Origin: a virus | Lineage: Duplodnaviria; Caudoviricetes | Direction: 5' to 3' (one strand) | Virus record (IMG/VR): IMGVR_UViG_3300033076_000665 | Span: 1 to 27,284 of that record | DNA length: 27,284 nucleotides | Program-made: the position numbers and the translations under genes | Shown: positions 1 to 8,900 of the stretch, in pieces | Layout of the letters: every line of letters begins with the position of its first letter | How positions within the stretch are numbered: the first letter of the stretch is position 1 | Notes under the pieces: model-generated | What the model saw: the letters and a program-made list of their open reading frames with translations, nothing else | Databases searched by the model: none | What the model was told of the DNA's origin: nothing

Positions 1-1293
1 CGCAGACAACTTGAGGCCTTCGGGGAAACCCTAGGCGACAGCGTCACCCGCAAAGAAGGCGGGCGTATTGTTTATGGCGGCGGCGGTGCTTCTGCTCCTG
101 CACAAACCACCCAAGTCTCGGACCTTCCTGACTGGGCAAAACCGTACGCTAAGGACACACTCGGCCAAGCTTCTGCGCTCACGGACATCAACCAGAACCC
201 GTACCAGACGTACGGCGGTCAGCGCATCGCTGACTTTTCGGGCCTGCAGACACAAGCGCAAACGGCTGCCGGTAACTTGACTGGCGCTCCTCAGATGGGT
301 GTGGCTACGGGTATCGCTGGTCAGGCAGCTGGTCAGGCGCTCAATATGGGGTACGACCCTATGCAAGCGTCGATGATGTCTGTGCAGGCTCCCGGCCTGC
401 AGAACTTCCAGATGGGTCCAGCCCAGCAGGTGCGTACAGGCTCGTTCACTCAGCCGGGTACAGCCGACGCCTACATGTCTCCGTACATGCAAAACGTTGT
501 CGACATCCAGAAACGTGAGGCAGGACGTCAGTCAGACATTCTGCGTAACCAGCAGCAAGCCCAAGCAGTGCAGGCCGGTGCTTTTGGCGGTTCCCGCCAA
601 GGTATCGTTGAAGCTGAGCGCCAGCGCAATCTTGGCCAGCAGATGAATGACATCCAAGCACAGGGTTCACAAGCTGCGTACCAACAGGCGCAGCAACAGT
701 TCAACGCCGAGCAACAAGCACGTCTGGCTGCGCAGCAAGCCAACCAACAGGCAGGTCTGACAACAGGTCAGGCGAACTTGAACGCACTATTGGGCGTTCA
801 GAATCTTGGCGCAACGCAAGGCTTGGCAGCGCAAACAGCCAACCAACAGGCATACCAGAACGCACAGCAGCTGGCTGAACAGTCTCGTCAGTACGGCGCA
901 GGGCTTGGTCTGCAAGGGCTTCAGACCGCCCTCACGGGTGCAGGTCAACTGGCCAATATCGGCCAGCAACAATTTGCGCAGAACCAAGACGTCATCAACC
1001 TACAAAACACATTGGGCCAGCAGCAAACCGCCCAGCAGCAGAACATCCTGTCGCAGCAGTATCAGGACTTCCTCAACCAACAGAAGTATCCGTACCAGCA
1101 GCTGGAGTTCATGTCGAATATCCTGCGCGGCACCCCGATGGGTACGGTCAGTACGCTGTACGGCCAACAGCCGTCTGCGGTCTCACAGTTGGCGGGCCTA
1201 GGCACAGCCGCGTATGGCGCATCGCAGCTCATGGCTGATGGTGGTGAAGTTAAGGCTTCTGGTCTGGCCGATCTGGCTCTCTCGAAAATCTGA
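1..1293 (+). CDS. Phage DNA ejection/pilot (internal virion) protein, Gln/Ala-rich; 5'-truncated at the window edge
   Basis: Frame 1 is open from base 1 (RRQLEAFGETLGDSVTRKEGGRIVYGGGGASAPAQTTQVSDLPDWAKPY...) and runs into the listed 277..1293 ORF, so the true start lies upstream. The GGGG-TT-LPxW-PY start, YMSPYMQNV, AGAFGGSR and QYQDFLNQQKYPYQQL segments are typical of podovirus ejection proteins. It lies upstream of other internal virion genes. Confidence 0.75.
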   Translation, partial: RRQLEAFGETLGDSVTRKEGGRIVYGGGGASAPAQTTQVSDLPDWAKPYAKDTLGQASALTDINQNPYQTYGGQRIADFSGLQTQAQTAAGNLTGAPQMGVATGIAGQAAGQALNMGYDPMQASMMSVQAPGLQNFQMGPAQQVRTGSFTQPGTADAYMSPYMQNVVDIQKREAGRQSDILRNQQQAQAVQAGAFGGSRQGIVEAERQRNLGQQMNDIQAQGSQAAYQQAQQQFNAEQQARLAAQQANQQAGLTTGQANLNALLGVQNLGATQGLAAQTANQQAYQNAQQLAEQSRQYGAGLGLQGLQTALTGAGQLANIGQQQFAQNQDVINLQNTLGQQQTAQQQNILSQQYQDFLNQQKYPYQQLEFMSNILRGTPMGTVSTLYGQQPSAVSQLAGLGTAAYGASQLMADGGEVKASGLADLALSKI

Positions 1294-1301
1294 GGTTAAG
1301 T

Positions 1302-2885
1302 ATGATCAACGTCAATCAGATCACTTCGATGCTGGCCAAGATGCCAGATCAGGCGCTGCAGCAATACGCTGCCATGCACAAGAACGACCCGTACATCATG
1401 TCGTTGGCTGTGTCGGAGTCTAACCGTCGCAAAGAAATGCGTTCGGAAGGTCAGGCACGTATGGCGGGTCAGCAACAGCCCAAAGTTGTGGATCAAGATA
1501 TTGCTGGAATGCATCAGCAAGCCGCGCCTATGCCAGAAGAGCAGGGTATTGCGCAGTTGCCAGCAGGAAATATGAACTTTGCGGACGGCGGTATTGTGGC
1601 GTTTGCTGACGGCGGAAACATTGCACGGGATAACCCTGCCGCCATGAGCGTATTAGCTCCTTTGCAGCAGGCCGTTCTGACGGCAAAACAACAATACGAG
1701 GCCGCTGCCAATTCAGGCGACTCTCGTTCTGCGCAACTGTACCTGCAGCAACTTTCCGACGCACAAAGTCAGCTAAGTTCAGCGGCAAAGCAGCAGTTTG
1801 GTGACAGCTCTGCAGGGCAGGCTATCACTGCTGCTCAACAAGCCTCAGCTCCTGCCGCACCTGAACCAGCGCAGACAGGCACGCCACCTATCCCTAGTAC
1901 CACGCAAAGCGTGTCTCCATCAGCACTCTCTGCACAATCCTCTGGTATTGGCGCTCCTCCTAGTACTGGTGCTGCTCCCGGTATGGGTAGCCCTCGTGGT
2001 TTCGGTGATTACGCTGCTGCCAAAGCCGGCCTTGCAGACTTGTACAAAACCCCAGACCTGTCCGAGTACGAGCAGGCACGCAAAGACCAAGCGGGTGCAG
2101 GTGTGGGTATTGCCCAAGAAGCCGCTGGCCGCACCAAAGACTTCTATGACAAGCTAGGTGAGTTTGGGCTGAAGCAAGAAGAGCGCCTGAAGGCGCGCGA
2201 AGGCAAGCTGGAAGAAGACACGACAAAGAACAAAGGCCTGTCTATTCTGGAAGCCGGTCTGGCCATGATGTCTGGAACATCCGCCAACGCTTTCGAGAAC
2301 ATCGGCAAAGGCGCTATGGCTGGCGTGGCCAATTACAAGAAGGGTCTGGCTGCGCTCAACGACCGCAAAGACCGCTTGGATGACGCTTACAACCAGCTGG
2401 ACACCGCCCGCTACAGCGATCAGAAAGACCGTTTCCAGCAGATGGAAGCAGCCCAGAAGAACGTGGATGCGGCCAAACTCGGCATCTACCAAGCAACGAC
2501 CGACATCGCTGCCAAGAAGACAGACCTCAGTGCCCAGCAAGCCCGTGCTTTGGCTGATGCCACCGTTAAGTCTGTTGAAAGTGAGCGCGATCGTCAAAGC
2601 CGTCAAGCTATTGCTGCGGCTCCGGGCGACACGCAAAAACTGTACACAGCGTTGGGTGGCGGTGATCTGCGGAAGGGTTTTGAGGCTGCCAAGCAGATGG
2701 AAGCTGCTAACAAGAAGGACATCATGACGCAGTACACGGAATGGCTCAAAGCCAACCCAACACTGGCCATGGACCCCAACAAAGCGATGTCCGAGTTCAT
2801 GAAACAGTCTTTGGTCATGGGCGGTATCGGGGCTCCGCAGCTTTCATCTAAGCCAACTGGACAGGTGCAAGGTAGTTTGAAATAA
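1302..2885 (+). CDS. Putative internal virion/ejection protein (527 aa)
   Basis: GAGG RBS before the ATG. Ala/Gln-rich helical composition, tandem FADGG motifs, and a GLAMMSGTS..AFENIGKG amphipathic segment typical of ejectosome proteins. Located between the pilot gene and the giant virion gene. Confidence 0.7.
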   Translation: MINVNQITSMLAKMPDQALQQYAAMHKNDPYIMSLAVSESNRRKEMRSEGQARMAGQQQPKVVDQDIAGMHQQAAPMPEEQGIAQLPAGNMNFADGGIVAFADGGNIARDNPAAMSVLAPLQQAVLTAKQQYEAAANSGDSRSAQLYLQQLSDAQSQLSSAAKQQFGDSSAGQAITAAQQASAPAAPEPAQTGTPPIPSTTQSVSPSALSAQSSGIGAPPSTGAAPGMGSPRGFGDYAAAKAGLADLYKTPDLSEYEQARKDQAGAGVGIAQEAAGRTKDFYDKLGEFGLKQEERLKAREGKLEEDTTKNKGLSILEAGLAMMSGTSANAFENIGKGAMAGVANYKKGLAALNDRKDRLDDAYNQLDTARYSDQKDRFQQMEAAQKNVDAAKLGIYQATTDIAAKKTDLSAQQARALADATVKSVESERDRQSRQAIAAAPGDTQKLYTALGGGDLRKGFEAAKQMEAANKKDIMTQYTEWLKANPTLAMDPNKAMSEFMKQSLVMGGIGAPQLSSKPTGQVQGSLK

Positions 2886-2890
2886 TACGT

Positions 2891-2926
2891 ACACCCCAAG
2901 GCTCCCGGCGGCTTTGGGGTGTTTTT
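2891..2926 (+). terminator. Intrinsic terminator-like hairpin
   Basis: ACACCCCAAGGC (2891-2902) pairs with GCTTTGGGGTGT (2911-2922) with one G-U pair and an 8-nt loop, followed by a short T run. It starts 6 nt after the stop at 2885. Confidence 0.65.
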
Positions 2927-2948
2927 CCAAGCCGAGACTGACACTGCT

Positions 2949-5900
2949 ATGGCCCAATATCTTTCCCTTCCAAACGGTAACTCTATTGAAGTCCCTGAAG
3001 GGATGGATGCCCGAACGGCTTACGCCAAAGCCATGGAGCAGTTTCCTGACGCGTTTGGCCTTACGCCAGATGTAAAGCCCCCAGAATCAGGTTTCACTGC
3101 CGGCCTGAAAAGCGGTATTGAATCACTCAAAGGTGACATCGGCGCTCTTGGCGCTGGACTGGGTGTTCAAGGTGCGGCTGAGTACGCCAAGCAGCAACGC
3201 GAGAAGGCTGCCCAAATCTATGAAACCCCAAAATTCACTGAGCATCCGCTCGATTACGTCACCGGTTTGCTCGGTCAATCAGCCGCGTACATGGCGGCTC
3301 CTGCAGCGGCTGCGCTTGGCGCTGCTGCTCTTCCGCTTACTGGCGCTGCTGCTACTGCTGCTGGTATTGGCGCAGCAGGTCTGGCTTCTGCTACCCAGTT
3401 CACTGGCTCCAACCTAAGCCGACAGCTTGAAGAAGGTACTGCGCCTGAAGACCTGAAACTTGGATACGCCGTAGCTGCAGCCATCCCGCAGGCTGCCTTG
3501 GATACGGTATCTATGAAGATGCTGCCCGGTGTGAACAAGCTGCTGGGCAAATGGGGTATTGAGGCCACAGAAGAGCAAGCGCTGGCTGCTGCTCGCAAAC
3601 TGGCACAGGCTTCTACAGCCGGTGTAATCAAAGCCGGTGGTATCGAAGTCGCCAAGAACGCAGGTATTGAAGGCTTGACGGAAGCAGGCCAGCAGGTGCT
3701 TGAGCGCATGCAGGCAAATCTGGACTTGATGAGTCCGGATGCGCGCCAAGAGTACCTTGACAACTTTGCCGGTGGTGCTGCGCTGGGTGGCTTGTTTGGT
3801 GCAGGCAGCCGATTTGGTGAGCAGGCCCGCGCCAAAGCCAAAGTCGCAGCAGAAGATCGCAAGGTAGCAGATAAAGCCGCTGCTGAAGAACAGGCACGTA
3901 AAGAAGCCGGCTATCTGGAAGCAGAAGCCGCAGCGCCCACACAGGCAATGCCTTACGTTGAGCCAACCGCTGTTGCGCAGCCACCACTACCCGGGTTTGA
4001 GGCTGTTGAGCCTGCAGCTACGCAAACTGCGCCAGCACCGGCCCCCACAGAACTTCTCCAAGAGCAGCAGTATCTCCAGCGCATCATGGAGGATAACCGC
4101 ATGCAGCAAAGCGCTGCTGTGGAAAAAGGCGATTACGCCACGGCGGAAAAACTGAGCGATCAGTACAACGCCTTCGATACGCGCTTGAAAGAACTCGACA
4201 CGCAGATCAAAGATGCTGGCTACGAGGACGCCGAAGCGCAGCGCATCAAGGTGCAGAAGCAAGTGGCCGCCACGCAGGCCAAGCTGCAAAACCTGACCGG
4301 GGATGCCTACGACCCAATTGAGGGGCGCAAGCTCATCGACAAACTCAAAGAGCAGCAAGCCAAGCTGACGGAACTTGGTGGTCCGCAGCAGGAACTCAAC
4401 GCCCCGCTGATGAAGCTGACCACGCCTGAAGAAGGTCTGCGTCAAGCAAATAAAGCTGCTATGGAACAACGCCAAGCCGACTTGGCCGCATCCGCCGCCC
4501 CTGCTGAAGAAGCGCAGCCTGATCTGTTTGGCCAGCAACTGCAAGACGTGGCACAGGAGACACAAGCCGGTCGCGCCGAAGACATGACGCATCTGACCAC
4601 CTTGTTTGGTGGTGCGCTGCAAGGGCTGGAACCTGCCGTCAAACTGCCCGATACCTTTAAGGTGCTGCCGGCACAGCAAGCCAAGGCCAACAAGGCGACG
4701 TTCGACAACTTGCTGAACCAGTACCAGAAGGCCAACACTGCCCTGTCCCCCGCTGCCCGAGCACAAGCTGGCGCTATCCGCGACCAGATCAACAGTTTGC
4801 GCAGCCAAGACGACGGCTACCTCAAGCGTGCGTTTGACGCCCGTGCCTCTCAGGACGAAGCTCTGGCCAACCTGATGGGCGCTATGACTGACATGCGCTC
4901 CGGCATCTACTTTGGTGGCCGTGACGTAGCCGCTGCGTCTACCAACATGGAAGGGCTGCGCAAGCAGGCTGACGAGGCCCGGGCCAAGTACATTGAAGCT
5001 GCGCTGCAGGAAGCCGCGATTCATCGCCGTGCTGCCGGCAACCCCGCTATTACTGCCGATGAAGCCGTCAAAGCTGCGGATGCAATGGATCGTGCTATGC
5101 GCGAAGCCATCGACGAAGTTGCTACCCGTAGCGAAGCAGATCGCGGTGGCGCATACAAAGAAGAGCAGGTGGTTTTGCCGGCGCAGATGCGCGGTTCTCA
5201 AATTGTCAGCCCCGCCGTTACCGAACGGCGTGATGTGCGCCCGTTGTCTGAGCGCCCGTTTGGTGCCCCCAAGGCAGCGCAGGAAGTCATTGCTGAGCAG
5301 CTTAACGTGCTGCCTAAAATTCGTGACGATCTGATCAACAAAAAGGCCCCCGTACAAAAAGGTGAAGCCGCTCTGCTGAATAAGCAGTATGCTGCTGCTG
5401 AAGCTGCTAAGGTTGCCGAAGCCCGAGGAGAAACTGCTACTACTGTTGGTGGTGAACTGCGCCGCCGCACGGAGTTTGTCCGCAACAAGATGGAGAAGCT
5501 GCCCGAGAACATGCGCGGAGCGGCCTCCAAAGTGCTGAATGAATCTGCGGACATTATGGATTCCGGCAAAGCTACCAACGCACTACTCGATGCTGTGGAA
5601 CCCGTAGTGGACACGCTGAACCGCAATATGATGCCGCGCATGAACGACCTACGTGCAATCAGCGACGCCATCAAAGCCATGGCCCCCACCGCTGTTGAGC
5701 AGCAGGAAGCTGGCCAGAAAGACCTGTTTGGCACCACTACCGACCGCCGTCGCAAAGATCAAGAGCTTGGCGTTATCCGCCGCAACTTTGAGGCGTTCCA
5801 GAACTCGGAGCCCGTGAAGAAAGCCCGCATGGCAATTGCTCAAGCGGAAGCTGCGGCCAAGCAAGCCGAGGCTGAAGAAAAGGCCGCAGCTGCCAAGCGT

Positions 5901-8900
5901 GCTGAGCGCAAGGCAGAAGAGCGCGTGCGCTTGGAAGAAACACTGCCGGAACAGCGCAAGGCTTGGGCAGAAGCGTTTGCTTCCGCCAAAAAACAGGCGG
6001 TTATTGAGGCCAATGCGACGTTCAATCCCCAGATCGCAAACGCGCTTAAGCAACTGGACAAGATTCGAGAGCAAGTCGAGCAGACTGAGCTCATGGGTGC
6101 AGCCGATGTTACGCCGAGTAAGGAGGTCATGGCCGAAGTCAAAGCACTGCGCGACAAATACGGCGCGGTCAAAGAGCGCCTTGAGAACCTGCTGATCGAC
6201 AAAGAGTCGGCACTGCAAGACGCCAACATCCGCACGCAAGCGTTGCTCGACAGCAATGTCGAGTTCGAGAAGAACGAGCTGCAACGTCTGGAAAAGCAGT
6301 ATGACAAGCTGGCTGCCAGCACCGCTACACGCCCCGAAATTTTGGCTGCTCAGAAAGAAGCCCAAGCTCAACGCGAAGCTGTGGCTATGGCTGAGAAAAA
6401 GCGTGCCGACGAGTTGGCTGAGCGCGATCGTCTGGCCCGTGAGCATGATCAGCGCATGGCCAAGGCTTATCCCGGCGCTGTGCTGCAACGCGTTACACGT
6501 GAAGTTGAGGTTCAGTACCGCGACAAAGAAGGCAAGCTGCGCAAAGAGATGGTGCCTATGCGCTCCAACACGGGCTACATCACCGCCCCTGAGCGGCTTG
6601 CTGCCGATCTGCGCGAGAAGCAAATTCAGGAGTTGGAAACAGCGCCCAAAGCCGGTACCCGTTCAACGGAGATCACAAAGCGCGCAACAGGCCCTGTGGC
6701 ACGCGGCACTACCGGCAAGGACGTGGTGAAGATCACAGAGGCTCGTGGCGAGAAGACACGCAATGTAGCTGTTACTTCTGATGAAATCAAGGAAGCTAAC
6801 GCTATTGCGGAGCAGCTGAAGAAGACTAGCCCCAAAGAACGCGCTGCCCAAGTACAAGAAGCAGAGAAGACCGCTGCTGAGCTGATGGGCATCGACACCG
6901 ACAAACGCAACTGGCGCAAGAAATGGCTGGAAGCTGGCGGCAAGCTGGACACAGTGCTGCGCGAAATGGACAAAGGCAAGTACGACGCACCATCGTTCAC
7001 CGGCCTGAAGATGGGTACCATCAAAGCACTCAAGGCTGGAGATATTGGCACCGTCCTGAAGAACTTGGCCGATGCTGGCTCCAGCAAATTTGTGCAGAAG
7101 CTGGCCGGTGCACTAGCTCCGTTAGTTAGCGACGTCAAGGTTGTGATCTCCGAAGACCCCATCATTGTCGATGGCCGCCGCGCTTCCGCAGACTACAACG
7201 CCAAGACCCAGACCGCTCGCTTTGATGTTGCGCAGCTGTCCGAAGAAAACGTCCTGCACGAACTGATCCACGCCGCCACGCTCAACGCTTTGCGTCGGCC
7301 AATCTCGGCCTTGAACGCTGCGCAGCAGGCTGCACGCCGCGAACTGGAGGCCATGTTCAAGTACATCAAGAACAACAAGGCGCTGGCACGTGAGTACGGT
7401 CGTGAAAACGTTGAAGAATTTGCCTCAGAGCTTCTCTCCAACAAAGTGCTGCAAGACAAGCTTAAGGACGTGAAATGGTACGGCGGGGGCAACATGTTCA
7501 CCCGCTTCATCAACCGCGTTCTGGGCATGCTCGGCCTCAAAGAAGGCGTGGACTTCCGCGCTGGCGCTGTGGACAAAGTGCTCAATCTGTTTGAGAAGAC
7601 CGCGCCCATCGAGGAAGCCAATACCGTGGCGTCTATCCTTCGCGGTGTGTTTCCCGACAAAGAAACGGTCTATACCGACAAGGTGAGCACTGCTGCACAA
7701 GACGCAGCCAAGGCCATGGTAGCTAGTACCCGCAAACTGGGCGACAAAGTTGAAGCCTCGTTCTTCAACCCAACGGCTGGTCTGGCATGGCGCACGCAGC
7801 TGTTGGATCGCTTTGCCCCCGTCGAGGCGCTGCTCAAAAAGGGCGTCGAGCGTGGGTTGATTCCAGACATGCAGCTTTTCCAGACACAGTACTACTTGCG
7901 TTTTGGTGAGCAGCGTAGCCAGTATGTAGCGCAGGCTGCATCTGTCGGTGTGCCACAACGCATCAAGCAGTCCGACGGCTCCTATACTATTGAGGCCGTC
8001 AAAGGAGCAAACATTGCTGACATCGCCAAGACGCTCGGGGACGCAGGTATCGGTAGTGAGCAAGCTGCAGAAGAAATGTTCACTGGCTGGATGGCGGGGC
8101 TGCGTGCAGGCCAAGGCAAGATCGGTTGGAATAAGCTGAACTTCAAAGATGCGGCAGCCGCCAAAGCCAACTGGGAAAAGATCAACCAAGAAGTCCAGAG
8201 CAACCCGCAGCTCAAGGAAGCCTTCAGCAAAGCACGCGATCAGTACCGCGAATACAACGCTAACCTGCTGAACTTCTTGGCCGATTCTGGTGCACTATCT
8301 CGTGAGAAAGCCGCTGAACTGAAAGCGCTGGACTACGTGCCGTTCTACCGGATTGATGGCGACTCCCTGAACTTGATGATCGACAACGAACATCCAGTAC
8401 GTATTGGAAATATCGCGCAACAACCATACCTCAAAGAACTGGTTGGTGGAGAAGATTCTATCCTGCCCTTCTTCAGCAGCGCGTTGCAAAACACCAACTT
8501 GCTCATGGACATGGCGCTGCGTAATATCCAGACCAAGGACGTGGCGTACGTACTAAAGCAGCTTGACGGCGCTGAAATTCGTAACGGTGCAGGTCCTGCG
8601 GGTAACAACGTCATTCGTTTCCGTGAACATGGCGAGATGAAGCACGCGATTATCGACACTGACGCCTACGGCGTACCGGCTGAGCTGTTGGTCAAGGGTA
8701 TGGAAGGTATCAAGACCACCATCCCGGCAGTTGTGCGTTTGATGAAGTACCCGGCTAACTTGCTGCGCAAGACAGTGACAATGTTCCCGACCTATGCAAT
8801 GCGTCAGGCCGTGCGCGATCCGTTGAGCGCTTGGCTTGTTACTGGCGGTGACTTCACCCCGATTGCAAGCTCCTTCAAAGAGCTTGGCAAGATGGTAGCC

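Noticed and set aside
540-1110. CAG/CAA-rich quasi-repeats
   Set aside because: Explained by the Gln/Ala-rich protein. No fixed-period DNA repeat.
2919-2948. Listed upstream starts at 2919 (also 15287, 16937, 21460, 22722, 25325)
   Set aside because: Downstream ATG/GTG codons have better RBS or stop-start coupling, and the extensions overlap hairpins or other genes.
3987-5357. 456-aa antisense ORF (also 5649..6623, 7425..8189, 8553..9233, 9246..10031)
   Set aside because: These lie opposite the giant virion gene. They are shadow ORFs expected from biased codon usage and show no recognisable motifs.
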